49,284 bases of DNA from Methylocella sp. (GCA_050728715.1 JBOHJT010000001.1:1-49284), one strand, 5' to 3'; counted from the first letter of the stretch, positions 29,902 through 39,460 are shown. The notes: a model not told the origin generated them from the sequence alone. Numbers and translations are program-made.

Positions 29902-30240
29902 ATGACCCAGGCACAAGGCATTCGCATGAAGAACCCGGTCCATCCCGGCGGGTTCGTAAAGACCGAGATCATCGAGCCGTTGGGGCTGTCGGTGACCGAT
30001 GCCGCAAGGGCGCTCGGCATAACGAGGGCAGCTCTCTCAACCTTTCTAAACGAACGTGCGTCACTCTCGCCCGACATGGCAATCCGAATCGAAAAAGCGT
30101 TTGGCGTCTCGATGGAGACGCTCATGCGGATGCAGAACAGCTTCGACATCGCCCAGGCCCACAGGCGGGAAGGTGAGATCAAGGTCAAGCGCTACGCCCC
30201 CAAGGTGGCCCCCTCAGACCCACAGCCCAAACTCTTTTAG
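29902..30240 (+). CDS. higA: HigA-family antitoxin
   Basis: PVHPGGF...LSVTDAARALG...LSPDMAIRIEKAFG. Confidence 0.93.
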   Translation: MTQAQGIRMKNPVHPGGFVKTEIIEPLGLSVTDAARALGITRAALSTFLNERASLSPDMAIRIEKAFGVSMETLMRMQNSFDIAQAHRREGEIKVKRYAPKVAPSDPQPKLF

Positions 30241-30244
30241 CGGC

Positions 30245-30337
30245 ATGAGGATCATCTCGGCCAGACGGGCGGAAAAGCATGAGCAAGACAGATACTATCA
30301 TCAGAATGCAGCGCGCACTTGCGTCAGCCACCCATGA
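30245..30337 (+). pseudogene. BrnT toxin C-terminal remnant
   Basis: RIISARRAEKHEQDRYY matches the BrnT C-terminal motif; the rest of the gene is absent. Confidence 0.6.
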
Positions 30338-30353
30338 CCCCCGGCGGTGATGG

Positions 30354-30530
30354 ATGGCCATTGATGGAAATACGCTTCGGGAACTCGCGATAAAGGTATC
30401 GCAGTATTTTCTAGACTTCTTAGAGTCCGATTTTAAGCGGCAGCAGGCACCTCGTAGGCACATCGTCTTGCAAACCGAGACGGGCTTTCGCTCCGGAATG
30501 AAGGTTGCAACCTATCTCGGCCTTCAGAAC
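30354..30530 (+). pseudogene. Probable N-terminal fragment of a truncated gene
   Basis: Protein-like MAIDGNTLRELAIKVSQYFLDFLESDF... then runs into the antisense of the next gene. Confidence 0.35.
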
Positions 30531-30548
30531 ATGCCTGCAGGCTGGACT

Positions 30549-30887
30549 CTACAGGATCACTTCAAGTCCCTTGCGGCGGATCACGTTCAGCAGAACGAGC
30601 GCCGCGCCTGTCGGCCGTTTCGCGCCGCGTTCCAGCTGTGAGACATAGCCGACCGTCACATTGAGATGGCGGGCGAACACGGCCTGGCTTAGATGCGCCT
30701 TCTCCCTCAAGGCGCGAATTTCTTCGCCTGTTATTGACTCGGCTTTCGACACCTCGTTTTCTCCGAGATGCCGCATGGTGATTTTCGTGTAGGCCGCTTC
30801 ATCGAGGAGCTCGCCACGCCGCATGTCCCTGGCCGTTTCCAGCAAGGATTTCGTGAGTCGGCCAGGTTTCTTTTTTTCTCTGGTCAT
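30549..30887 (-). CDS. XRE HTH protein, HigA2-like orphan antitoxin
   Basis: EIRALREKAHLSQAVFARHLNV...ERGAKRPTG; no toxin ORF upstream. Confidence 0.88.
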   Translation of the reverse strand: MTREKKKPGRLTKSLLETARDMRRGELLDEAAYTKITMRHLGENEVSKAESITGEEIRALREKAHLSQAVFARHLNVTVGYVSQLERGAKRPTGAALVLLNVIRRKGLEVIL

Positions 30888-30917
30888 TTTTTCCGCAAAC
30901 AGCCCTCATAACAATAT

Positions 30918-30944
30918 AAACTATAGCACTATGAACTATAGTTT
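30918..30944. promoter_or_regulatory. Palindromic operator candidate
   Basis: AAACTATAG-N9-CTATAGTTT upstream of the HTH gene. Confidence 0.6.
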
Positions 30945-31025
30945 GCAACGGCGATGTTTTCTGGACAATCGACTTGAGCCGATGGAACGCGGGCAGCGCC
31001 CCGTCTCATGCGCTGGCGGGCCGCG

Positions 31026-31304
31026 TCAGTGATATAACTTTAGCGGCGCTTCCCGTGGCGACCACTGGAATAGCGGCCGCGCGACCGCGAAAAGCTTCAC
31101 GGCCCGGCAACCCACCGTATCCGGCACAAGCTCGGGATGAAATTCACGCCATCCCTGCACGCCGATGTATGTACAACGTGTGTAATACGCACAGTGCCTG
31201 ACATCGTAGCCCTGGCATTCATACTCGTACAACAAATACGGCGTCCCGATCAGCGACGCCGCCATGGCGATTGCAAGGACTGCAACCGCTCCTCCGATCT
31301 TCAT
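31026..31304 (-). CDS. Small exported Cys/Tyr-rich protein
   Basis: Hydrophobic N-terminus, four Cys; AAAGGA RBS. Confidence 0.65.
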   Translation of the reverse strand: MKIGGAVAVLAIAMAASLIGTPYLLYEYECQGYDVRHCAYYTRCTYIGVQGWREFHPELVPDTVGCRAVKLFAVARPLFQWSPREAPLKLYH

Positions 31305-31340
31305 GGCTTTTCCTTTTTATCCGGTCCCGCCGCACGCGCA

Positions 31341-31586
31341 TCAAGTGCGGTTGAGATGCTGTTTTATCCTGAGCCACATTCTGACAGTCAGGATCGCGGC
31401 TGCCAGCGCGACACCGAAATACGCGCTGACGATCTCGCCATCGTCCGTCCCCGGATGAGAGAGAATACGGTCCAAATGGCCCAGCCCAAGAAGTGCAATC
31501 CAAACGTCTGCGTGCCATTTTAGGCGCGGCTTTTGTTCCGTCTGCCGGAGTGCGGACTTGTCCTCCTTGAAAATTCTGCCGGTCAT
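31341..31586 (-). CDS. Small membrane protein
   Basis: Hydrophobic C-terminal helix; ATGA overlap with the upstream gene. Confidence 0.6.
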   Translation of the reverse strand: MTGRIFKEDKSALRQTEQKPRLKWHADVWIALLGLGHLDRILSHPGTDDGEIVSAYFGVALAAAILTVRMWLRIKQHLNRT

Positions 31587-32095
31587 TTTCGCAGACCAGG
31601 CAGCAGCTTCTGGCCTTGCTCTATGGCAAGCCGGGCGGACGTCCCGCCCTCCCGCGCAGCATCAAGGGCTTCGAGCGGCACTGTCTGCGATCGCGCGCCG
31701 CAGCTGTCGCGGCAGGTGAAAGAACGCCCGGAACTGCGGGCGCCGCAGACCATCGCTTTGCATTTGCCGCAGCGAATCCAGTGCGAGTCGTCCCCGCACC
31801 AGGCGCAGGACACGGACGAGAAATCCACCTCCTCGGCTCGAACCCGAAGCGCTTCTGCCGGACGCAAAAGTCCCTGCAGCCGCTCCATCGTCGTCGTCTG
31901 ATGCAGTTCAGCCTTGTCGATGCTCTCGCACTGGAAACGCTGCGCCGGGGAAAACCGGGCGAATGTCACGCGAAACGCGCGGTCATGCCTCGCACAGGCG
32001 AAATCCGCCACGAAACGCTCTGGGGTGCCCGTCGTCTCCCGCAGCCTGGCAAGCTGCTGTTCCCGAATCATCGACAGTTCAGATTTATGGCTCAT
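31583..32095 (-). CDS. Cys-rich putative metal-binding protein
   Basis: CAWCG...CGKC...VCG...CRDSCG; start MSHK at 32095 overlaps the J-domain gene stop. Confidence 0.72.
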   Translation of the reverse strand: MSHKSELSMIREQQLARLRETTGTPERFVADFACARHDRAFRVTFARFSPAQRFQCESIDKAELHQTTTMERLQGLLRPAEALRVRAEEVDFSSVSCAWCGDDSHWIRCGKCKAMVCGARSSGRSFTCRDSCGARSQTVPLEALDAAREGGTSARLAIEQGQKLLPGLRK

Positions 32096-32589
32096 TTCTT
32101 CCATCCTTTTCGCTTGAAGATTACGGCGCGCGCGGCTGTGACCTGCTGCGCCAGATATTCGGTCCCGCCCGTGTCGGGATGGACGCCCTGCATGACCCGC
32201 CGGAACCGCGCGTCCATCTCCTGCCGGGTAAAGGAGTCAGCGAGACCGAACAGACTCAACGCATCGGCATAATCGTCACGCTCGATTGTCCGCTGCCCCA
32301 TCATTTGCCGGCGAAATTCATCCCACGGCATCTTCGTGCGGAATTCGGTCCGCCAGATTTTTCGCTGTGTACGCCACTCGGTGCCGATGGCGACCCATTT
32401 CTCAGATTGGTCGAACGCAACTTCAAAGGGCCATGCTGCCGCGATCCCGACCGCTTCGCCTGCAATGACTGCGGTCCTCGTCAGCAGACTGACGACGCGC
32501 ACGAACAGCACTACGCAGGCCCGCAGGGCAATGAGCAGAAGCACCGCCAATACCGACCCGGCGGCAACGACCAATAGCGAGGATGTCAT
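32092..32589 (-). CDS. Membrane-anchored protein with a C-terminal J-domain
   Basis: N-terminal TM helix; VHPDTGGTEYLAQQVTAAR. Confidence 0.82.
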   Translation of the reverse strand: MTSSLLVVAAGSVLAVLLLIALRACVVLFVRVVSLLTRTAVIAGEAVGIAAAWPFEVAFDQSEKWVAIGTEWRTQRKIWRTEFRTKMPWDEFRRQMMGQRTIERDDYADALSLFGLADSFTRQEMDARFRRVMQGVHPDTGGTEYLAQQVTAARAVIFKRKGWKK

Positions 32590-34442
32590 TGGGAACCTTC
32601 GTTCTCGAAAGGATCGGGCATGTAGCGTCCGCGCGGAAACAGCTTGTCGTAAGGCGTCCGGCGCAACAGAAACGCCTCGCCTGTTTCCGTGAACACAGCC
32701 ATGTTTCCACTGGCCCGGCTTGTCGCCTTGGCAAGCTCCTGCGCATCCCGCAGGTTGGCGGTTCCCGCCAGTTCCCAGTCATACCCTTCAGCGCCGCGCA
32801 TTTTGCGCCAGAGAACCCGCTTGCCGAGGCGTTCAGACAGGTATCTGGCCGTGGTCTGATCGTTCATGGCGAAGGCCTGCCACATGCCGGCATTGCCCAT
32901 GAAGGTTTCCCAGTTTTGCGGATACAGTTCCTGAATCTGCCCGAGGTTTTGAATCATCGGCCACAGCTTGACGCCGTAGCCCGCCATCAGGCCCGCCGCT
33001 TTCGACAGCTGCTGCAGACGGCCGAGGGCGTAGAATTCATCGAGCAGGAACAGCGTCGCGTGCTTGCCCTTGCGCCCTTCGGCGGTCGCGTGCAGGGCAA
33101 GGTTGACGAACAGCCGCAGGAATCGGCCGTGTATGTCCAGATATTGCGGCGGCAGCACCAGATAGATTGTCGTCGCGCCGTTGTTCAGGTCCTGCAGGCT
33201 GAAGTCCGACGCTGCGAGGGTCCGCCGCATGCCAACGCTGTCCAGCCATTTCGTATGCGAGATGGCCGTGGCGATGACATCGCCCCTGGCGTTCTTGCCG
33301 GCTTGCAAGACGAGCGACGCGGCCGCCTGAGCCAGCCCGCCCATTTCATCCATGCCGCGCACCGGCGGATCGGCCTGCGCATCGCTCTCGAGCGGAGGGC
33401 CGTCCGGATGGGTCAGCAGGTCCCGCACCGTGCCGAGATGCCTGTCCTCATTCGGAATGTCCGGGCTCATCACGACGTAATCGATCAGGCCGCTGAGCAT
33501 GACTCTGGCCGACGTGTCGAAGAAATTGTCCTTCGCTTTTGTATCCGGCACGACCAGGGCGTCCGCGATCAGCTCGACGCGCTCCACATAATCGTCAGCG
33601 CTCGCATCGAGACCGGCCAGTGGATTGAAACGCGCCTTGCAGTCCTGCAGCCGGGGGTCGCGGATTTCACCCAGCGGATCGAGGATGCGCACCGTCTGGC
33701 CGAGCGGATGCGTCAGGCCTTCTCCCCCCTTGCCGCGCGCCAGCGCCGTAACAAGAGCATTCTGGCCTTTCGGATCGATGACCAGGGCCGAGCCCCGCCA
33801 GGTGATGAGATTGGGAATGATGACCGACCGGCCCTTTCCCGCGCGGCTGGTTGCTATGGTGCAGACATGACGGTCATCGCTGAAACCCACAATCCATTTC
33901 GGATCGTACAGCGACGCGCCGAGCAGCACCTGTCCCGGACGCCACGGATTTGCCCATTCGTCCAGCAGGCCGGAGAAACTGGCCGTGCCGCCAAGTCCGA
34001 CATGCCGTCCCGCCAAAAACCAGCGCAGCGGACGGGTCGCGCGGCCGAGGAATATCTTGAACGGCCGCAGCCCGCCCTGCGCGAACAGGGCGGCCATGCC
34101 GGCCGTCAGCGGGCTCCCGCCGATCACCGCCTGCAGAGCCATGCCGATCGACGCCGCCAGCACGATGAACGCCGCCCAATGCGCGGCCCAGCCGATGATC
34201 CGCCGCCCCGGCGCCGATTGCCACATGCCGGCGGTGCGCTGGTTTGTCATCGCGCCTTGCAGCCCGGCGGCCGCGACCAGCCCGCAGAGCATCAGCCCGC
34301 CGAGGATCACCGGGCCATTGGAATAGAGCTGGCGGGCATAAGCGGCGGGCGCATGCTGATACAGGAATAGCGAGAACGGGTCCGATAAACTGTACCAGGC
34401 GAACCCGCACGCGATCGCGAGAATCAAGCCCATGATCCTCAC
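32586..34442 (-). CDS. Type IV coupling protein, VirD4/TraG family
   Basis: N-terminal TMs, Walker A ATSRAGKGRSVIIPNL, IDPKG, FNPL, Walker B LLDEF, QNLGQI. Confidence 0.9.
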   Translation of the reverse strand: MRIMGLILAIACGFAWYSLSDPFSLFLYQHAPAAYARQLYSNGPVILGGLMLCGLVAAAGLQGAMTNQRTAGMWQSAPGRRIIGWAAHWAAFIVLAASIGMALQAVIGGSPLTAGMAALFAQGGLRPFKIFLGRATRPLRWFLAGRHVGLGGTASFSGLLDEWANPWRPGQVLLGASLYDPKWIVGFSDDRHVCTIATSRAGKGRSVIIPNLITWRGSALVIDPKGQNALVTALARGKGGEGLTHPLGQTVRILDPLGEIRDPRLQDCKARFNPLAGLDASADDYVERVELIADALVVPDTKAKDNFFDTSARVMLSGLIDYVVMSPDIPNEDRHLGTVRDLLTHPDGPPLESDAQADPPVRGMDEMGGLAQAAASLVLQAGKNARGDVIATAISHTKWLDSVGMRRTLAASDFSLQDLNNGATTIYLVLPPQYLDIHGRFLRLFVNLALHATAEGRKGKHATLFLLDEFYALGRLQQLSKAAGLMAGYGVKLWPMIQNLGQIQELYPQNWETFMGNAGMWQAFAMNDQTTARYLSERLGKRVLWRKMRGAEGYDWELAGTANLRDAQELAKATSRASGNMAVFTETGEAFLLRRTPYDKLFPRGRYMPDPFENEGSQ

Positions 34443-35128
34443 TCCGTCGTTTCTGTGATGATGGCGTCCTCGCCGTCAGCCGCCGTGCCGTCCTGCGTCA
34501 GCGGCGGTGTATGCATCGCGCCATGTTTCGGGCAGTGGGGCGGCCCGCAATCGCTGATCCACCGGGCGGCAACGCGCACCGTATAGCCGCACCCGGGCCC
34601 AAGGCACTCGGCCTTGAGCATCCGCGTTGTCTGCTTTTTCGGCCGATCCGCGACATCAAGGCCCGCAATCGTCACACGATCGAAGTTCAGCCGTGCGTGC
34701 GGAAACGGCCCCAGGGAAGTAGCAAGCTCGTTTAAACGTTCCTTGAGGACCGCGCCGGGCATGGCGTGCCGCATCTGCCCTTCAAGCCCGATCCTGAGCG
34801 CCGCTTCCCTGAACTCCTTGCCGTGCTTCGCATCCGGCTGCAGCGCGGCATGCACCAGTTCATGCGCGAGGATTCCAAGGACCTCGGCGGGATCGGCGAA
34901 ATCAGCCCGGATGATGATTTCATGGTGACCGTCGTCGGAAGCGCCGGCATGCCAGCACTCTCCGGCCACCTTTCCTTTTTTGCCGTGCGATGTGAACGCA
35001 ATGGCGAACCTGATTTTTTCTGGAAGAAGAAGACCAAGCTTGGCGAAATAGGGCCGCAATTCATTCGTGGCCGCGCGCAGATAACTTTCGCGGCTGTTGT
35101 GGTCGTTGACAATACGGGGCTTTTGCAT
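34439..35128 (-). CDS. SprT-like zincin metalloprotein
   Basis: LAHELVHAAL...HGKEF; C-terminal C..CGY...CPKH; coupled to the T4CP start. Confidence 0.8.
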   Translation of the reverse strand: MQKPRIVNDHNSRESYLRAATNELRPYFAKLGLLLPEKIRFAIAFTSHGKKGKVAGECWHAGASDDGHHEIIIRADFADPAEVLGILAHELVHAALQPDAKHGKEFREAALRIGLEGQMRHAMPGAVLKERLNELATSLGPFPHARLNFDRVTIAGLDVADRPKKQTTRMLKAECLGPGCGYTVRVAARWISDCGPPHCPKHGAMHTPPLTQDGTAADGEDAIITETTE

Positions 35129-35260
35129 GCGCAAGCTTTCTCTGACGTTCTGCTGTCGGAGATGGGATGCGCCTGCCCGTTTGACATGGGACACGAATTG
35201 GTCATCGTGAGGGGACACGGCCAAACCGGAGAAATCCCGGTCAGGGGAGGAATGCACGAA

Positions 35261-35893
35261 ATGCACACCGCTGAACGCGAAGAGGCATTCAATACGAAGA
35301 CGCGCGACCGCATCCGCCGGAAAATTCTGCACTACAAGAAAGAACACAAACTCGGCATTGGCAGGTTGGCGAAGAGAATCACGCTAGCCCATGACCGCCA
35401 ACCGAAAATACCGGTCAAAACCCTGCAACGGTTCCTGGCCGGAAAAATACGCACCAGAGACGTGTCTGTGGGCTTCTTCGAAAAATTTGCTGACGGACTG
35501 CCCGATCCTGATCCGGTCGTTGAAGTTGGAAATAGCATGGCCGCCTTTTATGGGCAGAACGTCCGCCGTGATTTTAGCGGCGCGTTTTACGCCACAACGC
35601 AGGGCGAGGATTCAGAGGTGACGGTTTCTCAGGAGCCAGGATTTTGGCGCGTTAAGGAGGTCACAAGGAACGGCGGGCATTCTGTCTTTGACGGGGTAGC
35701 GGTTTGTTCAAGCGAAGGTGCATTTTTCGTCTTAAAAGACAGGCTTGCTGGCCTGCCACGCACCTACATCGTATGGCCTCAAGAGAATGACGAATTGCAT
35801 GGTTGCGGCACCGCGGTACGTTTCGTGAGTTTCGATCCTGGCACAGCTATGGGCCCCTACATCCGCTCATTCGAGATCAAATTGAGAAAATAG
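35261..35893 (+). CDS. Hypothetical protein with a possible N-terminal HTH
   Basis: GGGAGG RBS; LGIGRLAKRI...KTLQRFLAG; beta-rich C-terminus. Confidence 0.65.
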   Translation: MHTAEREEAFNTKTRDRIRRKILHYKKEHKLGIGRLAKRITLAHDRQPKIPVKTLQRFLAGKIRTRDVSVGFFEKFADGLPDPDPVVEVGNSMAAFYGQNVRRDFSGAFYATTQGEDSEVTVSQEPGFWRVKEVTRNGGHSVFDGVAVCSSEGAFFVLKDRLAGLPRTYIVWPQENDELHGCGTAVRFVSFDPGTAMGPYIRSFEIKLRK

Positions 35894-35895
35894 AC

Positions 35896-36270
35896 ATGCC
35901 ATTCATCTCCGAAGAAGAGTTTCTGAATCGGTTTCTCGACGCTCGCGATAGGGAGGACCCTGAATTGAAGCGAGCATGGAAAAATCTGCTTCTCGACGCA
36001 GCCTACAAGGGCCGGACTGATTTTGTGCGTAAGTTGCTTGAACGTAGGTCAGACATTGATGCTGCAGACGAGGAAACTGGAATGACAGCCCTCCACATCG
36101 CCGTCGGACGCGACCATCTTGAATTGACCCGGTTTCTTGTGGAGCGTGGCGCATCGTTCGTGCCCGACAAACAGGGCCGGATGCCGACGACAGTTGCCGC
36201 TGAATGCGAAGTGAGCGAAGAACTCTGCGATTTCATCGCGGACGCGGAGGCCCGGGCAGAGGGCGTTTAA
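35896..36270 (+). CDS. Ankyrin-repeat protein
   Basis: GMTALHIAV...LTRFLVERGA...DKQGRMP. Confidence 0.9.
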   Translation: MPFISEEEFLNRFLDARDREDPELKRAWKNLLLDAAYKGRTDFVRKLLERRSDIDAADEETGMTALHIAVGRDHLELTRFLVERGASFVPDKQGRMPTTVAAECEVSEELCDFIADAEARAEGV

Positions 36271-36597
36271 ACGGTCCCGACCCCCGGCGCGGTGCTGTCT
36301 TGCCTACATCCGAATGCACAGGCGAACCCGACTTGTGCCGGTTCATATCCCCTCAGAATCATCAATTCAGGTTGCTGATACCTCTTGTTGGTTCAGCATT
36401 TTCGCAATTATAGGCTCAACCATCCGTGTATATATTTGCTGGCGTTGAGACAACCGACATAAGCGTTTTGCTCTTGCGACATTGCCGAATAATCAGTATT
36501 TGAAATTATTTTTATCTTAATCTATTATACTTGAAAGTCCCATAAATATCTGTTGAAATCGTTAGTTGTGTGGCTATATACTAAGTATAGGGGATAG

Positions 36598-36648
36598 CGA
36601 GCAATGTTTTTGTAATACAAAAACGCTCGTCAGGGGGGCACCCCCTGA
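36598..36648. other. Candidate oriT (two adjacent inverted repeats upstream of mobC)
   Basis: CGAGC..GTTTTTGTA/TACAAAAAC.GCTCG and TCAGGGGG/CCCCCTGA after an AT-rich tract. Confidence 0.6.
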
Positions 36649-36675
36649 AACCCCGCTGGCAGGCGGCCATGGTCC

Positions 36676-37071
36676 ATGACTCGACGAACACCACCCTTCC
36701 GCAGAGGCGGCAGGCCTCGCAAAACCGACACCGAAAAGCGCAAGCTGCTCATTTCGGCCCGTGTGCGTCAGGACGAGCTGGCGACCATCGAGGGCCGCGC
36801 TGCAGAACACAACATCCCGCTGTCCGACTTCCTCCGGGAGCAGGCCCTGTCAGGCACAATCCTCGTTCGCCGGTCCCGCACGTTAAGCGCGATCGATCGG
36901 CACGACCTCGCCCGGATCGGCTCGAACCTCAACCAGATCGCCCGCGCATGCAACACGACCGGCGACACATTCCGCGCGCGCAACATCGAGGCAACCCTGG
37001 ACGAGTTGCGCAGCCTGCTCAGACGTATGGACACGCCAGGGCAGGCCTCCGATGAACTGGGCGAAGGGTAG
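36676..37071 (+). CDS. mobC: Relaxosome accessory protein MobC
   Basis: RHH-like N-terminus; LARIGSNLNQIAR signature. Confidence 0.92.
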   Translation: MTRRTPPFRRGGRPRKTDTEKRKLLISARVRQDELATIEGRAAEHNIPLSDFLREQALSGTILVRRSRTLSAIDRHDLARIGSNLNQIARACNTTGDTFRARNIEATLDELRSLLRRMDTPGQASDELGEG

Positions 37072-38656
37072 AGCCACCAAAGGCCGGGGATCGTCATTCA
37101 AGGGCGCGCTTGTGTATGTCCTGCACGACAAAGGCGCCCAAACATCCGAGCGCGTCGGTTTCGTGGAGTTGCACAATCTGGCGACCGACGACCCGCACCG
37201 GGCCTGGTCTGAAATGAAAGCGCTGTGCGATGCGGCCGATGAGTTGAAGCAGCGTTCCGGCGTCAAGGCGACGGGGCGCAAGCTGACCAGGCCGGTCTAT
37301 GCCTTCACCCTCAACTGGCATGAGGCCGACAATCCCGACCCGGCCCATATGCGCGAGACCGCCACCGACGCCTTGCGCGCCCTCGGCATGGAGAATCATC
37401 AGGCGGTCATCGTCGAACATACCGACCGGCCTCACAGGCATGTTCACGTCATCGTCAATCTGGTCGATCCAGAGACCGGGCAGGCCGTTTCCCTGTCGAA
37501 CGACGCCCACAAACTCGACCGGTGGGCCGACGACTATGAGGTGACCCAAGGCGTTATTCGCAGCCCCGACCGACGGGCAAAGTTTCATGCGCTCGACAAC
37601 GGTATCAAGCCGCCGAAGCGACCGGCCCAGGCGAAGTCGCGAGAGGAATGGCAGGCCACCCGAGCGCTCAATGGGGAAAAAGCAAAACAGCGCGCCGCCG
37701 AAATCAAAGCCGCCTATGCCGCCCACGTCGAGAAACTGAAGGCAGCGCAGAACAGCGCTTTTAAAGCGCGCAACGCCGAGTCCGAGAAACTGTGGATCAG
37801 CTATACAGCCGACCGCAAGGCCGTGAACGACCGCTATCAGCCTTTCATCAATGCCATCTGGAAAAGCAAACGGAAGCGCTCGCCGCATCCCTATACCGAG
37901 CAGGCGCTTCACGACCTTCAGGAAAGCGCCGAGTGGAAGCAACTCGGGCGCACGCAGTTCGCCCAGCACCGCCTCTTCAACGCTCGCGAACGCTCCCTCC
38001 TTGGCGCGATCGGCAACGCCGTGCGTCTTCGCTATGCGGCCATGAGAGAGCGGGGCGGCCTTACCAATCTGTTCAAGCTGATGATCAGCCCGGCCGCACG
38101 CCGGAAGCAGTTCCAGCAGCAGCAGGAGACCCAGAAGCAGGCCCTGCGACAACGACAGGCGCAGAGCCGCAACGAAAGAGCGGCGACCCTGAAGGCGGCG
38201 CGCCGGGTTGAACTGGCGAAACTCTCACAGGAGTTCCTGAAGGACCGGGAAACCATGAAAACCCGTCACGCTTCCGAGGTCGCCACACAGAAGACGGTTT
38301 GGCGGCAGCTCGCCGCTGAACGCGAGAAGGTCTGGTCGGACTATCGCGAGGAATTCGCGTTTAAAGAAGCCGAGCAGGAGAACGCCGGTCAGCAGCAATC
38401 TCATCGCGACGAGTTCCGGGAAGCCGCCTCCGGCGCCACCCGGGCCGCAGCCAAACCGGAACACGAGAGGAGGGCCGATCAGAATCAGGGAAATGGAGCC
38501 GACCGTACACCGACCACCGAAAAATCAACCCGGCGGGACTGGCGCGCCAGACGATCGGCGGCGGAACGCGAAGCCGATGGAACTTACAAAGAACGAGACA
38601 GAGGCAATGATGACGGTGGCCGTAGCCGCCAGCGCGATCGGCACGAGCCGGATTGA
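37052..38656 (+). CDS. Relaxase, MOB_P/VirD2-like, with a coiled-coil tail
   Basis: SFKGALVYVLHDK (catalytic Tyr), PVYAFTLNW, HTDRPHRHVH. Confidence 0.92.
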   Translation: MNWAKGRATKGRGSSFKGALVYVLHDKGAQTSERVGFVELHNLATDDPHRAWSEMKALCDAADELKQRSGVKATGRKLTRPVYAFTLNWHEADNPDPAHMRETATDALRALGMENHQAVIVEHTDRPHRHVHVIVNLVDPETGQAVSLSNDAHKLDRWADDYEVTQGVIRSPDRRAKFHALDNGIKPPKRPAQAKSREEWQATRALNGEKAKQRAAEIKAAYAAHVEKLKAAQNSAFKARNAESEKLWISYTADRKAVNDRYQPFINAIWKSKRKRSPHPYTEQALHDLQESAEWKQLGRTQFAQHRLFNARERSLLGAIGNAVRLRYAAMRERGGLTNLFKLMISPAARRKQFQQQQETQKQALRQRQAQSRNERAATLKAARRVELAKLSQEFLKDRETMKTRHASEVATQKTVWRQLAAEREKVWSDYREEFAFKEAEQENAGQQQSHRDEFREAASGATRAAAKPEHERRADQNQGNGADRTPTTEKSTRRDWRARRSAAEREADGTYKERDRGNDDGGRSRQRDRHEPD

Positions 38657-38728
38657 ACGGCAGCGTGCCCGTAGACCCATGCAGCCCCGCGACAACATCT
38701 TCGATGGGGTAATGCCTGGCGAGTGCCC

Positions 38729-39055
38729 TTATCTATGAGATGAGACAGGGATTGCGCGTTTTACATTCGGCCGCACTTTCACGTTTACGTCGACGCGCTG
38801 ATCCAAACGGCCCAGGACCGTCATCAGGCGGTCAACCGTGAACCGCCCGATGTTCGCGTTCCGAATCCGGGAGAAATCGGCGGCGGCAATGCCCGTCAGT
38901 TCCGCAGCCTTGCGGACCGTCAGGCGCTTGCGGTCTAAAGCTTTAATAATCTGCGCCGCCAGGATGGCGCGCAGTTGCTCAAGATCGGGGTTTGGCATGT
39001 CGAAGTCACGGAAGACATTGCCGCTCCCACGTACCAGTTCAAAATCGTCGCTCAT
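38729..39055 (-). CDS. XRE HTH antitoxin
   Basis: GSGNVFRDF...LTVRKAAELTGIAAADFSRIR. Confidence 0.9.
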   Translation of the reverse strand: MSDDFELVRGSGNVFRDFDMPNPDLEQLRAILAAQIIKALDRKRLTVRKAAELTGIAAADFSRIRNANIGRFTVDRLMTVLGRLDQRVDVNVKVRPNVKRAIPVSSHR

Positions 39056-39333
39056 CGTAGAGCCTCCTTTAGTAGTTTGATCCGTTCGCTGATCAGGTTA
39101 ATTTCAGCTTTTGGCGTGCTGATCCCGCTTTTCGATTCCTTCTGGAACGCATGCACAATCCAGATGTCGTCTCCCATTTGCAGCGCGTACACGACGCGGA
39201 AGGCGTCCCCTCGATGCTTCAACGCCAGCTCCAGCACGCCGGACCCAAAGCCGGTCAGCGGCTTCGCAATGTCAGGGTGTCCGCCCTCGGCAACGACGGT
39301 CAGGGCGCGGGCCAAATCCTGCCGCACCGTCAT
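39052..39333 (-). CDS. RelE/ParE (Gp49-like) toxin, apparently N-terminally shortened
   Basis: KPLTGFGSGVLEL...AFRVVY...VHAFQKES; the usual first strand/helix seems missing. Confidence 0.8.
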   Translation of the reverse strand: MTVRQDLARALTVVAEGGHPDIAKPLTGFGSGVLELALKHRGDAFRVVYALQMGDDIWIVHAFQKESKSGISTPKAEINLISERIKLLKEALR

Positions 39334-39342
39334 CCCTTATAT

Positions 39343-39360
39343 GTTGTCATATCTGACAAC
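39343..39360. promoter_or_regulatory. TA operator palindrome candidate
   Basis: GTTGTCA-TATC-TGACAAC just upstream of the toxin start. Confidence 0.65.
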
Positions 39361-39460
39361 AGAAAGTCAACAAGATTCGGATAAATGTATGGTGATCAGA
39401 AATTGAACAATTATGGATAGTGAAGTATAATGGAGTATTGGAAACATGGTGTAAAGCAAC

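Noticed and set aside
843..30337. BrnA-like gene and BrnT remnant as a functional split pair
   Set aside because: The toxin piece is only ~30 codons and 29 kb away.
32583..34370. 595-aa + strand ORF and other long antisense ORFs (1381-2535, 37094-38152, 3148-3969)
   Set aside because: Shadow frames of well-supported opposite-strand genes in GC-rich DNA.
31026..38656. Self-transmissible ICE with a full T4SS
   Set aside because: No VirB4 or other mating-pore genes are recognisable here; they could lie outside the window, so this is unsupported rather than excluded.
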